Shown here one piece after another: positions 34,339 to 49,348 of a DNA stretch of 64,000 bases; position 1 is the stretch's first letter, and every line of letters starts with the position of its first letter. This DNA is from Lytechinus pictus (taxonomy: Eukaryota): NCBI RefSeq assembly GCF_037042905.1, contig NC_087252.1, positions 12,216,001-12,280,000 of the forward strand. Direction: 5' to 3'. A program made the position numbers and the translations under genes. Under the pieces are notes generated by a model, which did no database searches, was not told the DNA's origin, and saw nothing but the letters and a program-made list of their open reading frames with translations.

Positions 34339-37300
34339 TCATCGAGATGAGGCATTGTCGATTGTAACTGTGGAAATTTCGTTGTCCCTTGTGTGATTCA
34401 CGGACCACACAGTGGATGAAGTAGTTTGAACTGCCTGACAGAGAAGATGTTGGCCATGGTCAAACCTATTTGGTACGAAGGTCAGAATGCTTTCGGCATC
34501 ATATCGATCTGCGCTGCTGATGGATGTCTTCAAGGTTGAATTTCCTGTGACGTTCCTTGACCCGATATACCAGTGAATGAGAGCAGCAGGGTATCCATTA
34601 AGAGCTGTACATGTTATGTTGGTATCTGTGCCTTCGAGCACATCATCAGGGACAATCATTACGACATTGTTTGGTACACCTTTAGACAAACATTAAAAAG
34701 CTATTGGTCATTGTCAAACTTCGCCCTTAGAAGCACTTATTTTTAACATAGCCTTGGCAGTATATTGGGAATCGAACAAAATAACTTGAAATCATCACTT
34801 ACAACAACAACAATGATTTAATTCTATAAAAGTACAGGAGTAGCCAACTTGTAATTCTTTCAGGTTTGGGAAGGTTATTCTAGAAGAATTTTCATTGATA
34901 ATCTTTTATCAGTTCTACCATTAATAATATTGACTTTCGGTTCTAAAATCACTGAGGGAAACAAACTCACCGCAAACAACTAGTCTTGCTGTTAGTATTT
35001 TAAAAAAGTAAGCGTCGTCCATATACGATGAACATACAATTTGCATTCCATGGTTCGCGGCATCTGGTCTTATGGTTATGGTACTTTCAGTGTCAAACAA
35101 GGTTTCGTCTGAAACACTCCTATAACTTGATACATTTGCATGGATCGGAGTCCTGCCAAAGTCACCAACTAACCAAAATGATAGTTCAGTTGTTGGGAAT
35201 GACCCGATGCTTTTACAAGTGATTGAAGTCGGTGAATCTTCTTGAACGTATAGGACTGTTGATTGTGACTGGTTACCTCCAGTTAGAAAGAGCAGCACAC
35301 TGGTTGGTAGAACTGTAGGTATGGCAAACCAGAGAAAAAATCGTAAAAGAAAGTAGTAGAACCAAGAAGGAAGCACTGTTTTATATTCGGACAGGCCCTT
35401 TATGAAAAGCAGTTTTGTAACTTAATGATACCGCGTGGAAATAAACAAGGGATGATCTCAATTTAAAAAAGTAAGAAATAAGAAAAATCGTGTTCACTGC
35501 GGAATGATGCTTGGAAACAACTGGTTCGTCATTATGTAGATATGCATGCAATGATACTGAAATGGAGCTTAAGTCGACGTAAAGTGTTGGCATATTTTGT
35601 CCAATGTTTAAGCTATTGTGGATGAATTGAGTTTTAGAAACTTTTGCTTTGACTGAAAATCTAGGATTGATATCAATACGTGTTCACGTAATGATTCCCT
35701 GAATGATACCTACCATGAACATTCAGAAGAACTGAGGATCTAAGACTCCCTTGTATTTCCGGGTGTGATGCGATGCAGCTGAGAATCTTTTCGTGGTCAT
35801 CTCTGGTGGGTGTGATTGTCAAAGTTTTCCGGGAGATGTAAGATCCGTCTTGAATGACATCAGATTGATCCTGATGAACAACGGTCACATCTTCTGGTAC
35901 TAGCCATTGCAGTGCTGCGGGAGGCCTTGCTCTATTTGCTCCACAGGTGATGCTAAACGACTCTCCACCAGTTATACTTATATTTGCGTTGTTCAAGTAT
36001 TGCCGGCCCGATTGGACATCAGTCACGAATACTCGCGACGGTGGAACTGGAGAAAAAACACAGTATATTCGAACCGTCAACCTCAACTTAAACGATATGT
36101 TACAATTTAAATTTGCAAGTGCTTCAACCCTTAATCACTGAATAATTTCCTGGCAATCTTTTGACGATTAAGAACTCGTGCAAATTTTTCAATAAACAAA
36201 TAATTCAAAAGTTTAAAAACACTCATGATATAGTTGCTCATCTGACAATGCTCTTCTATAATCTTGATAATACGCTGATGCCTCATCAATGGCAAATATT
36301 AATTTATATTTCTTTTTTTATAAAATGGTAGTGATTTTTTGCCTGATTGCTAAGAAAGCATGAATGGCTGTAAGCAAGCACCCAAGAAGACCGACGGTTC
36401 GAAGTCCTCTCTAAGACACATCGAAATAAGGATTAAACTGCCTTACCAAACGACACCAAAAGGGAATCGAACCTGGGTCACCCACTCTACCGACTGGGCT
36501 ATTGCGCCTCCTCTTACAACTGACACATCATGAAATCGCAAAATATTCACTTGTATGAAATGATACAGAAAGCAGGTTGGGACAGAGAATAGCCTATAGC
36601 TAAAATGTCGACTCACAAATCATCTTTGACATGTTAAAAAGGGTTAGGACTTTCGATGTTCTTTTCAGTGGGTGAGAATGATGTGACAATTTTGGATGGG
36701 TATGCATTTGTCAATATATTTACTTTTTTGTATGTCATCCTGTTCACTGTGGTTTGATTTGATTTGATTTGATTTATTGATATCCGTTTCACAACATAGT
36801 ATGATAAATATGACATAAGATGGTCAATGCACATACTTAGTGGGGAGTGGGTTTCTATCTTTCTGTAGGAAAATGGTCGTAATTTAGAAATTCCTAAGGA
36901 TAAAATAATGTAATGCGCCCCCAAAATAGCGCGCGCGCTTAAAAAAATACAAATAATCTTAGCTAGGTGGAATGAAATGTCACCCATGCTGTCAAACCTC
37001 TCATTTGTTCTTACCTTGACTTAGTACTTCCAGTATTTCAGTCGCTGAACGTTCTCCATGTAGGTTATGTACATTGCATGTGTATCTCCCATCGTCACCA
37101 GTGTTCAAATTGATTATTGTAAGGGATGTGCTGCGGTCATCTCCCAATAACTTGTACTTTGAAGGATTAGAAATATTAGGTGTACATTCACTCGCAGTTG
37201 TGCACCACTCAGACGCAATTCGTGTTTCTTCGTGTTTCCACTTGACAATGCGAACAATCGAAGGAGGGAAATAGGTGCACTTCATCGTAAAATCTTCTCC

Positions 37301-37984
37301 TTTGACGGGTATGAACTGCCTTGGTTGAAAAGATATCGTGGTTGTAGACATGGTAGAGGGGGAGCCTGCAAATGGATTGTGTAGGAATATTGTCAATTAT
37401 TAGTGATAGCAGAAGTATTGCTTCTTCATAGTACTTTACAGGGTGGGCATCTATTTTAGACTGAAAAGTGAAAAGTTGCATCATTCAAAGATTTGCGTTG
37501 ATTTTTTTACATGCCAAACATATCAAAAGGGTTAAAAGTCGCATTTGTTCAAGTTTTGTTGCAGGTTGTACCACTTTGCGAAGGATAACACCCTTCGTGC
37601 ACCTTAAATGCGTAACACAGTCCATGGTCTTTGGATGCATATATGCCCAGGAATCGCATTCCGAGACAGACGTGAACAACGCAATTAAGTGAAAGACAAT
37701 ATTTTTCTGATCCTGCTGATGGCAAGCTTGAATGGGAAAACATGTTGTTTTTTGGCCAGCAGACTGCTTTGGCCTTAAACTCACTGAAAATAATCATATA
37801 GTAACGGAGGAAGTCATACTTTCTATATTCCTTGTTTTATTAGCAGCCTACCTTTACAAAGAGAAGAAGAAAAAACGGCTACAAGCCAATATGTATAGAT
37901 TCAATTTTATTCAAATTTAATCAAATTCGACATACCTTTGCCAAAAACAAGAAGAGCAAACATGCACCAAATATGGTACGCCAT
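34339..37984 (-). CDS. IgSF unit A3 (A-alpha): leader-V-C2a-C2b-C2c, about 471 aa, no transmembrane segment
   Basis: Leader 37936-37984, V 37015-37365, C2a 35714-36046, C2b 34971-35312, C2c from 34679 reading to a stop at 34339. All open, with canonical AG/GT at internal junctions. Confidence 0.82.
36355..36512 (-). mobile_element. tRNA-derived SINE (paralog of 16870-17030)
   Basis: A box TAGCCCAGTCGGTAGAG and B box GGTTCGATTCCC on the minus strand. Confidence 0.6.
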
Positions 37985-38742
37985 TTGAGATCAGAGTGAT
38001 AACATCCAATCCAATAATCCTGGCAACAAAGAAACATTCAATATCAAAATGTAAGATAGTTGCAGTAGGTGAGACAATTTGTTTTTTAAGACATTTCCGA
38101 TGTGTATCAAACACATTGATGTAATAATGATGACGGTGAGATTTATTCGTTTACTTTCGCTAGCCTATGCCGATAAGCACATCTCATGTACGTCTTAATG
38201 TCTTAGGGTGTCAGCGGTCGAAAATGAAAGTACGATATTTCATTTATCAAATATATAGCTGCCTTTGTTCGGACGATAGAGAGTGTGCTCTTTCCCATAG
38301 CCGGTTTGATGTCGAGGTTGCTTAACCGAGCATACAATGGATTGGAAGGTGTCCAGAGAACTGTCATGACATATACGCTTCGGGATGACCTTAGGCAAGG
38401 ACATCATCGCGCCGCCATCTTAGAGGTCTTTGCCTTACATGCCTTGTTGATCTTCAACTGGCGCAAACAATAAAACCAACCCTTGTTTGAATGTTTGACA
38501 CATGCGATTCATATGAGATGAATTTGATAAATTTAAAAAAGGATCTCATTAATTTTACTTCGATTTTTCTATCGAATTTTTTTTTTTTTTGCATTTTGGT
38601 GACCCCTGAAAGTTGGATCAGGGGAAGTCACATTTACCCTTATGATAGCTAAGCGCAACTGCATACCAGTCATTTTGTATAATATAAAACATTATTTTTT
38701 ATTACTACCGAATTAATTATTTTCTACAACTTGCTGGCTGTG

Positions 38743-38902
38743 ATGGCTTCCAGTACCAGCAAAGAAAAAAAAAAAGAAGAACAGGGGGACATTATGATGA
38801 GATCTGGATATACGATATAGATTAAAAACAAAGCAGATATTACTGTAGACAACATGAAATTCCTTTTTGCGGTCTATGCGCTACAGCAAATCACTAGAAA
38901 AC
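38743..38902 (+). pseudogene. 5' stub of the TRIM-like pseudogene, copy 3
   Basis: ATGGCTTCCAGTACC through the B-box-like YYCRQHEIPFCGLCATANH, then an abrupt join to sequence homologous to about 14316. Confidence 0.55.
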
Positions 38903-39309
38903 AGGTATGTTGTTGATAAATATTTCCACATACCAATGCATGCACTGTATATTTGTAAATACAAATACCGTCAATATCTCGTGGTGTGATCCGTTCTTTA
39001 ATCCACTAGAAGTAGAGGGCATACGGGGTAAGCTGGCTCCCATCATGCTTTTTTGGTGAATCTGATTCATGCAATTGCCTTCTTATCTTTGGCTCTCTCA
39101 AAATAATGTAGTCTGAATTTGTGTTTGTGTGTGTCCCGTCTCCTTCGTTGCAGATTTTCATTGATTGTTAGTTTATACAGTCATTCATTATTTAACCCAT
39201 TGTATTCTTTAGCATTACTATCAAATGCATTGGTGTGTATTGTGTTGATATTCTGTTATCCATTTTGTGGAATATGACAATAAAAAAAATCAAACCTGAT
39301 TCGACCTAC

Positions 39310-42300
39310 CGACATTATTTCTGCATGTCCAGCTCTGATGCACCTAGGTTCTCAGGCAGGTGTTGATTGACGATGAACCAAGAAGGTGAATCGGGTCTAA
39401 CTGCAGTGTAAAGTTAATTAATTTAAAAATAATTGATAGTTAGCTAAGTAGAGTATCTAAGTAACTCTATAGACACAACAGGTAGATAACATTCATCTCA
39501 TTAACGAAATTCAATTACGAATTAATTCTAAAGACGATAACTCAGTTGGCCAAGAAACATTTCTGTTGTGCATAAATGCGCTATAGGTATTAACAAAATA
39601 TACCAATTCACCAAAGAAAAAGGGATTACACAAACGTAACAAACATTATCCTAAAATTCTGCATTACTCACCCGAGTTCCTTGCTTTAGAAATATAATTG
39701 GAAAACATCGAAAATCATATTGATATGATACTGAATAACTAGGCACCTGTTATGTTTAAAACCATGCTATCATTCACAGACCAAGTGGTGGATAATGTAG
39801 GTAGAACTGCCAGGCACAGGAGATGTCTCCCATGGTCCGACCTCTTTGGCACGAAAGTCAAAGTGCTTTCAGCATCGCATCGACCTGCATCATTTTCACT
39901 ATAAAAATATTCAGGGATGAATGACCTGTCATATTTCTTGAACCTATATACCAGTAAATGCGAGGAGCTGGGTACCCATTAGCAGCCTTGCAGATCACGG
40001 TGGCTTGTATCCCTTCTTTTAATTCAGCAGGGAAAGTCGTAACGACCTCATCAGGTGGTGCTGTAGCATGTTAAGAGAAATGCAAAAAGCGACACGTTAT
40101 ATTGAAGCATCAAACTCAATAGCGGACATGAGTGATCTGCTTGATGAAGATTTATTTTTACAGGAAAATAAACATGTCGGCCTAATCAATTACCATATAT
40201 TACTTTCCCAAACGCCCATTCTAGAAGATCAACGAAAAGACATCCAATGGTTATATCAACGAATACCACACACACACCTCCCTGGTTATACAGCTTAGCA
40301 ACTATTTAGTAACTAACTGCCCCTAACACATCTGTAAAATGCCAACAGAGACATACATATATGCATAAAGAAATGAAACATACACTTACCATAGGTTGAT
40401 ATTGTAACAAACTGTTGTTCGACAAAATCTTCACCCAGATATACAAAGCACCAGAGAATCAACCCTTGATACTTCCTATACAAATGCAACTTGTAAGTAC
40501 TAACGGTATCAAAGAGACTGTCGTCTTCAGGATTTTGAGTCTTCGACAGACTAATACTTCCAGGAGGAATATCAGGGTCGTCAATTCTCCATGTCATTTG
40601 AACTGCCGGTCGTGATCCAATACTTTGACAGCTGATCGAAGCCGAGGAACCTTCTTGAACGTGAATAACTGTTGATGATGTCTGGTAGTCTTTGCCATTT
40701 CCAGATTGAAAGATTGTCGTGCTTGATGGAAGAACTTTATAGGAAAGGTGAAATAAAGATGGAAGAATTTGCGATATATTGTATGTCAATTTGAAACAGG
40801 TTGTGCTTTATAAAAATACAGACTTATCTAAACAACAGAATATAATTTACTAAACTGAGGAAAATGTGAGGAAAATCACTTTTGTTTTCTTTTTCATCAA
40901 TTTCGTAATTCATACCATGAACATTTAGGAAAACAATACACTGACGATCACTCTGGAGTGTTTGATGTGACGCAAAGCAGCTGATATTCTTTCCTTGATC
41001 ACTCGCAGAGGGCGTGATGGTAACAACCTTCCGAGACGTGTAGCTGTTGCCTTTAACGACATCAGTCTGATCTTGTTGGTTGGAAATAAGATCATCTGGT
41101 ACAATCCACTTGAGGATTGCAGGAGGCCTTGCTTGCGATGCTGTACATGTTAGCACATTTGGCTCCCGAGCCATTACCGTTCTAGTGGTGTATTCGAAGC
41201 AAAGACGGCTTGATCTATCGGTAACTATGATAACTGAAGGCGAAGCTGTGAAAGAAGATAGAAAATTCATGAGGAGTGTACTATTACAGCTATACACAAT
41301 TATTCACAATTCAAATAGGTTCAATGTGTGTAGAGTGTGTGAGTTTATTGATTTCTTAGAAAGATGAGCTTCACAACCCGGATGTCCTTGATCTTATGAA
41401 CAGACGTCTTTTCAACGACTGTTTCAGAAACAAATTTTTGAATTATATTTTTGTCACTTCATGGGCACTGACGAAGAGTGTGACTTTTTTTTCATTTCTG
41501 TGAGATACGCACCTTTCAAAATATGCGATTTTATTTCTACGGCATATGTATTATTCAATATATTTTCTTGTTAGTTTGTTACGTTGAATAAAAGTACGTA
41601 TATATATTCTTGTGGATGTCGATAAAGCTTGAATCGAATTATGAATGAACGCATTCCTAATAGTGTATAATAAAAAGCATTTTTCTCATAACACAAGTGT
41701 AATTGGTTACCAGTAAACTAGTGAGATCGATGGTGTATATGAACATAATAAGTAACGAATTATTTTTTTTCGCATTTTCTGTTGTCATGGCTGTGTGCTG
41801 ATGAATTTGTTTAGATTTGTTTGTTAGTTTCCTTCAATAGCGTTCAGTGGAGCAGAGAGTGATCGCACTTCACATACTTCAGGAATCTACATGTTTAATT
41901 CTTTTCTAAATATAGCCATGATGAAATATCGCACTGTGCACTGTTTCTAGTTTAAAGATTCCATTGCCCAATCGGGTACACTTGAATTTGATTATTAGTT
42001 TTAAACTATTACTTCACCTGGTAGTAATGGTGTTACGTGCATGCTCCTTGATACTGTATTGTGGGGAAAGGCAGTTGGGCGAACAGAACATCTGTAATGG
42101 CCACCGTCGTCACCAACAAGTTGTTTTATGGTAAGATTAGCACTGGAGTAGTCTGCCACCAAGCTGAACTTCCATTGGTCTAGAACAGTAAACCTACAGG
42201 ACCGATTTTCCTGACAATCGCATGTTGCGAGCGATTCCCCATCCTTCTGCCATATGACCACCCTATTCCTGGTCTGGAGTGTGAACGTGCAGACCAGTGT

Positions 42301-42974
42301 AATATCCTCGCCAATGACTGGAAGATACTCACCATTGTTGATCGACACCCAAAATCCTCCGGTTTCTGCGAGATAGACAATGTTGCCAATAAAGATAAAT
42401 CAGGTGGCGTCATTTCTTCCTAACTAATGCAATAAAAATAAATTCCTTTCAGTGAGTTTGCAAGGGGTATCATTATATATTATTTATTTGTCAATATCAC
42501 TGCTCATTCAATCATTTTATTTTCCTTTTTTTATAATCCACTTATCAAATTAATTCACTATTTATTAGTTTTATAAATGTTATAATGCATTATACATTGA
42601 TTAATGGAGGCTACGGGTATCTATTCAAAATGATGGAGTGTTGTAAATATTACCAGATGCTCATGGCCGGGAATATTATTGTCCTTTGGTCATCCTCTTA
42701 CGGAATCGAAGGATTCTGTTCTCCAAAATATGTCAGTAAGCCACTTTGCATATGAAATGTGAGCACATGAAGATGTGCTGTAACATAATATTGTCATTTA
42801 AATGTACTAATAATGTACACACAGTGAACCTTTTATTGATTAGGGTGCTCGTTTAATTGTCAACGTAAAATGGGTCAAATATAAATATAGCAACGGAAAC
42901 CTACCACAACTGACATGACTGAAGATCGTTGGAACAAGAACAACCACAGCATATCCACAAGCACTTGTCATCAT
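39310..42974 (-). pseudogene. IgSF unit B2: leader-V-C2a-C2b open, C2c frameshifted, FN3-like exon damaged
   Basis: Leader 42905-42974, V 42018-42365, C2a 40916-41245, C2b 40390-40734. C2c 39747-40060 is 314 nt (5-nt insertion near 39901). FN3-like exon 39310-39400 has a 25-nt deletion. The upstream conserved block is missing. Confidence 0.75.
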
Positions 42975-43326
42975 GTCGAATCTGGCTGTACGAAGACTTG
43001 CTTTCAGAATGGCATGAAATCCAACAATGATCATGGCAAATAAACTCTTATAAAGTCACACTTGTAGGAGACACCCATATGCTATACACTTTGGGGAAAA
43101 ATCGCTGGTATTGTGTCAAACGAGTGCTACTGGTTTCCTTTCCAACTCCTGATTCGGTTTCGTCATGTGCTATTTAACATTAATGAGTACAGCGTGTATG
43201 GTCAAAGAGGTCGCCATTTCCCTTCGCAGCACGATCGTATAGATTACTGCTATTTCAAAATGTTCCAGTTACACGTTGACAGCTGGTGCAATCCGAAATG
43301 AGCATCACCATCACCATCAACATGAT

Positions 43327-43483
43327 CAGGGGCCGCGGAAACGGGGGAGGGGATGTGAGGACTTCAGCTCCCGCGCTTTTTCCAAACCCGTGTTCAAAAA
43401 CTTAAAAATTATCATCTGATTATGATTCTTTGCATGGATGGTTATTCCCCCCCCCCTCTTTCAAAACCGTTCCGCAGCCCCTG
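43327..43483. mobile_element. GC-rich MITE upstream of family-B leaders (TIR CAGGGGCCGCGGAA, 2-bp AT duplication)
   Basis: AT|CAGGGGCCGCGGAA...TTCCGCAGCCCCTG|AT. Paralogous copies at 3025-3182, 25925-26080 and 48224-48379. Confidence 0.7.
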
Positions 43484-44026
43484 ATCATGCTTATCATGAT
43501 CATTAGAAGTTTAAACTTCAAGGGATCAGATAGGTATCCATGTTTGGATTTCAATATTGGATAGGAGATGGTTAGACTTTCAATGATCAATGTCAATCAT
43601 GTTTTGGACATAAATAGTGAACTGAAATCACCCATTAGATTATTTTATATTCGTAATAATCGTATTGTCAATGAATGTTACAGGGCAGTTCACATTCGGA
43701 GGTTTGTAGAAAATAAGTCATAACATATGAGCGGCAGAACATCATGAACATGGCGTATGGGGCACAGAGTTTTTGATTGTCAATGAACAGCGATGTGCAG
43801 ATTTCATAATATTTTAAAGGAATCTGCAGGCTTAACGAGCTCTGCTTTTTATGTAGGTTCCTTCACATTTCACAACTCAGATATTGCTACATAAGCATAT
43901 ACAGTCATTCATTATTTTAACACACTGGATTTTGTATTATTGCTATCAAATGCATTGTTTTGTATTATGTTGATATCATATTTTTGATGAAATATGACAA
44001 ATAAAATAAAATCTGATCCCACCTAC

Positions 44027-45020
44027 CGACATTATTTCTACATGTCCAGCTCTGATGCACCTATGTTCCCAGGCAGCGAGGATAGTCGAAGATGTCGTCT
44101 GGTGTTGATTGACGATGATCCAAGAAGGTGAATCGGGTCTAACTGCAGTTTGAAATTAATTAATTCATGAATAATCGATAGCTAGCTAAGTAGTCTATCT
44201 AAGTAATTATGTAGACACAACAGGTAGATTATATTTATCTTATTGTTAAAATTCAATTAAGAATTAATTCCAAATGTTTCATCACTAGGTGTGTGTTTGT
44301 TAGACAAATAACTGAACTGACCCATAAGTAGTTAAGTCTTACATGAATACGCTATAGGTGTTAGAAATATATATCAATTTACCAAAAATATACTCCACAG
44401 AAGTTACAAACATATCCTAAAATTATTTACTTCAAAAATGTAATTGGAAAACATCGAAAATCATATTGATATGATACTTAAAAACTAGGCACCTGTTATG
44501 TATAAAACCATGCTATCATTCACAGACCAAGTGGTGGATAATGTAGGTAGAACTGCCAGGCACAAGAGATGTTTCCCATGGTCCGACCTCTTTGGTACGA
44601 AAGTCAAAGTACTTTCAGCATCATATCGACCTGCATCATTTTCACTAATATCAAGAGATGAATGACCTGTCATATTTCTTGATCCTATGTACCAGTAAAT
44701 GCGAGGAGCTGGGTATCCATTGGCAGCCTTACAGGTCACGGTGATTTTTATCCCTTCTTTTAATTCAGCAGGGAAAGTCATAACGATCTCATCCGGTGAT
44801 GCTGTAGCATGTTAAGAGAAATGCAAAAAGCGACACGTTCTATTAAAGCATCAAAATCAATAGCGGACATGGGTGATCTGCTTGATGAAACTTCATTTGA
44901 AAAAAAAAAACATGTCGGCCTAAATAATTACAATATATTGCTTTCCCAAACGCCCATTCTAGAAGATCATGAATATGTCAACCACAACGAAAATACATCA
45001 AATTGTTATATCAATGACTA

Positions 45021-45060
<40 letters not shown>

Positions 45061-47836
45061 CTCCCTAATTGTTGTATAGCTTAGCAACGTTTTAGTCACT
45101 AACTGCCCCAGACACGTCTTTAAAATGGTAACAGAGACATACACATATATATATAATTGAGATGATCTATACACTAACCATAGGTTGATATTGTAACAAA
45201 CAGTCGTTCGACAAAATATCCACCCAGAGATACAAAGCACCAGAGAATCAGCCCTTGATACCTCCTATACAGATGCAACTTGAAAGTACTTTTGGTATCA
45301 AACAGACTGCCATCTACAGGATTTTGAGTCTTTGACAGACTTTTATTTCCAGGAGGAATACCAAGGTCGTCAATGGTCCATGACACTTCAACTGCCGGTC
45401 GTGATCCAATACTTTGACAGGTGATCAAAGCTGTAGAACCTTCTTGGACGTAAATAACTGTTGATGATGTCTGGTGGTCTTTGTCATTTTCATATTGAAA
45501 GATTGTCGTGCTAGAGGGAATAACTTTATGGGAAACGTGAAATAAAGATGGAGAAATCTGCGATATACTGTATGTCAAATTAAAACAGTTTGTGCATAAA
45601 ACAAATACCATTTTATGTCTTGTGTAACGATGGTCAAGGGTAAAATTTTATGGGAGAACATTTATTGGATTACAAAAAATACAGACTTATTTAAACAGGA
45701 GAATATCATTTGTTCAACTAAGGAAAATGTCATGAAAATCACTTTGGTTCTTGGTTTTCTTTTTCATCAATTACGTTAACATACCGTGAACATTTAGGTA
45801 AACAATACACTGACGATCACTCTGGAGTGTTTGATGTGACGCAAAGCAGCTGATATGCTTTCCTTGATCACTCGCAGAGGGCGTGATGGTAACAACCTTC
45901 CGAGACGTGTAGCTGTTGCCTTTAACGACGTCAGTCTGATCTTGTTGGTTGGAAATAAGATCATCTGGTACAATCCAGTTGAGAATTGCAGGAGGCCTTG
46001 CTTGCAATGCTGTACATGTTAGCACATTCGGCTCCCCGGCCATTACCTTTCTAGTGGTGTTATCGGAGCAGAGACGGCTTGATCTATCGGTAACTATGAT
46101 AACTGAAGGCGAAGCTGTGAAATAAGAAAGAAAATTCATGAGGCGTGTACTATTACAGCTATACACAATTATTCACAATTTAAATAGGTTCAATGTGTAT
46201 GGGGGTGTGCATGTTCATTGATTTCTTAGAAAGATAAGCTTCACAATCCGGATGCCCAGGGACACACGTCTTTTCAACGACTCTTTCAGAAACAAATATT
46301 TGAATTATCGTTTCTTTTTTTTGTCACATCATGAGCACTGACGAAGAGTGTGACTTTTTCTTTCATTTTTGAGAGCTACGCTCCTTTTAAAATCTAAGGC
46401 TCTATTTCTACGCCATATGCATTATTCATTATCTATTCTTGGAGTATATGTTACATTGAATAAAAGTACGCATATTTGTGGATGTCGATAAAGTTTGAAC
46501 CGAATTATGAATGAACAAATTCCTAGTATTGTATAATAAAAAGTATTTCTCTCATAAAACAAGTGTAATTGGTTACCAGTTAACTAGTGAGATCGACAGT
46601 GTATATAAACAAAATAAATAATGAACGAAATGTTTTATTCTTTTTGCATTTTTTGTCATGATTGTTACGGTTGTGTGCTGATGAATTTGTTTAGCTTTGT
46701 ATATTAGTTTGTTCCTTGATCGCGTTTCACGTACATCAATAATCTGCATGTCTAATTTTTTTTCTTAATATAGCCGTGATAAAATATCGTACTGTATTTC
46801 TAGTTTAAAATTTCATTGTTGAAATTGGGTTGACTTAAATTTGATTATTATTTTTAAACAATTACTGCACCTGGTAGTAATGGTGTTACGAGCATGCTCC
46901 TTGATACTGTATTGTAGGGAAAGGCAGTTTGGCGAACAGAACATTTGTAATGGCCGCCTCCATCACCAACCAGTTGTTTAATCGTAAGATTAGCACTGGA
47001 GTCGTCTGCCGACAAGCTGAATTTCCATTGGTCTAGAAAAGTAATCAAACAGGACCGATCTTCCCTACAATTGCACGTTGCGAGTGACTCCCCATCCTTC
47101 TTCCACGTGATCTCCCTATTTCTGGCTTGCAGTGTGTACGTGCAGACCATTGTAAAATCCTCGCCAATCACTGGAAGATACTTGCCTCTGTTGATCGACA
47201 CACCAAATCCTTCTGTTTCTGCGAGATTGATAGACAATATTATGCCAATGAAGATATTTCGGCTGGTGTAATTTCTCCCAAATTAATGCAATGAAAATTA
47301 TTTGCTTCCAGTGAGTTTGCAAGGGGCATCATTATGAATTATTCATTTGTTAATATAACTGCTCATACAATGTTTTATTTTCTTTTATTTCCAATCATTC
47401 TAATCTTTTAGTTCATTATTTATTTTACTAGTTATTCATTTCATAAACGTTATAATGCATCATTTATTGATTAATTGAGGCCACGAGTATCTATTCAGAA
47501 GGAGGGGATGTTACTAATATCACCAGAAGCTCACCGTTTAATAACCAGGAATATTTTTGTCCCTTGTCCTCTTACGGAATCGAAGGATTATGTTCTCCAA
47601 AATATGTCAGTAGGCCCCTTTGCATGTGAAATGTGAGCACATGAAGATGTGCTGTAATATAGTATTGTCATATAAAGGTACTTATAATGTACACGCAGTG
47701 AACCTTTTATAGATTACGGTGCTCGTTTAATCGTTAACGGAAAATGGGTCAAATATAGATATAGCAACGTAAACCTACCACAACTGAGGAGCGTTAGAAC
47801 AAAAACAACCACAGCATGTTCAAAAGCGCTTGTCAT
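44027..47836 (-). CDS. IgSF unit B1: leader-V-C2a-C2b-C2c-FN3-like exon; the most intact nephrin-like unit
   Basis: Leader 47779-47836 (MTSAFEHAVVVFVLTLLSC-G), V 46871-47218, C2a 45785-46114, C2b 45179-45523, C2c 44493-44801 (read-through stop at 44485), FN3-like 44027-44142 with intact Trp (RPDSPSWIIVNQHQTTSSTILAAWEH). Confidence 0.82.
45022..45059 (+). repeat. (CA)n microsatellite
   Basis: Directly visible; expanded relative to paralogous introns. Confidence 0.9.
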
Positions 47837-48798
47837 GATATCAAATCTGGCTGTACGAAGACTTGCTTTCAGAACGACATGAAATCCAACAATGGCAAAT
47901 AAACTCTTATAAAGTCAAACTTGTAGGAGACTCCCAGATGCTGTACACTCCGGGAAAAAAATCGCTGGTATTGTGTCAAACGAGTGCTACTGGTTTCCTT
48001 CTCAACTCCTGATTCGGTTTCGTGATGTGCTATTTAACATTAATGAGTAATATCTAGAGCAAGTGTGGTCCTAGAGGTCGCCATTTCCCTTCGCAGCAGG
48101 ATAGTAAAGATTACTGCTAGTTCAAAATGCTCGAGTTACACGTTCACAGCTGGCGCTGGTGATAAACTATTTTTTCAACATTACAATCTGATATGAAGCA
48201 CACACTAGAAATACATTCATCATCACTAGCCGCGGAAACGGGGGAGGGGCTGTGTGGACTTTGGCCCCCGTACTTTTTCCAAAACCGTGTACAAAAACTT
48301 AAAAAAGATCATCTGATTATGATTCTTTGCATGGTTAGCCCCCCCCCCCCTAACTTCCAAAACCCTTCCACGGCCCCTGATCATTATCATTAGCAGTTTA
48401 AACTTCACGGGACCAGAAAGGTATCCATGTTTGGACTTTTGGATAGGAGATGGTTAGACTTTTAATGATCAACGTCAATCATGTTCTCGACATAAATAGT
48501 GAACTTTAAGCAACCTTTACATTATTTTATATTCGTACTGTCAATGAATGTTACTGGGCAGTTCACATTCGGAGGGTGGAACAAAATAAGTCAAAACATA
48601 TGAGCGGCAGTAGATGATGAACATGGCGTAGGGGGCACATATTTTTTGATGGTCAGAGAAGAGCGACGCGAGCGAGCGAATGATAAATCGACCTTACAAA
48701 AATACAATTCCGAAGACATCCTCGATGTGTCCAAGACACATTGAAGGAATAATGATGAGGTTGAGATTTGTTCGATTACTTTCAATCGTCCATGCCGT

Positions 48799-48929
48799 CC
48801 GTGTCGCTTTTTCTAAGTGGAGGTGCCGTGGCCGAGTGGTCTAAGGCGCCTGGCTATACATGAAAAAAGTCCGGGGTTCGATCCCCGGCCGTGGCAACTA
48901 TGCCCGTGAGTAAGGCACATTACAAATAA
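48799..48929 (+). mobile_element. tRNA-derived SINE head inserted in the conserved upstream block of unit B1
   Basis: GGTGCCGTGGCCGAGTGGTCTAAGGCG (A box), GGTTCGATCCCC (B box), then TGCCCGTGAGTAAGGCAC. It interrupts CATGCCGT/TAAGCACATTAC, which is contiguous at 26501. Confidence 0.75.
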
Positions 48930-49110
48930 GTTAAGCACATTACGAAAGCATGTCTTAAGTTGTCAATGGTCGAAAATGAATGTACGATGTCATTTATATT
49001 AAGTATAAAGCTGAATTTCAATGATATTGCGACAGAGTGTGCTATATTCCCTATCATATTTAGGGTTGAGCTTTGAGGATTGCGTACAGAAAAATGTCAT
49101 GACACATATA

Positions 49111-49348
49111 CCCAGTTGTTGTGTGTCCGGACAGGTTGTGTGTCCGGACGATCAATTTTAGAGAGTAATTTGAAGAAAAAAAATTCAAGCGAAGTTTCAT
49201 CTATTTTTAGTACAAAATGTTAGGAAATATTATCAAGAACAAAATAGAAGATGATTAAAAGTATTGAATTCTAATTTTTAGTGTAATCCAAAGACAAAAA
49301 AAGAAGGCTTCTAAAAGATAAACTATTCGGACACCCGACCCATCATCC
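49111..49348. mobile_element. Small insertion flanked by TA with imperfect inverted GTGTCCG motifs (probable MITE)
   Basis: Absent from the paralogous site near 26680; TA on both sides. Confidence 0.45.

Noticed and set aside
48822..48896. tRNA gene
   Set aside because: A and B boxes are present, but the anticodon arm is poor, a SINE-type body follows, and it is an insertion relative to the paralog.
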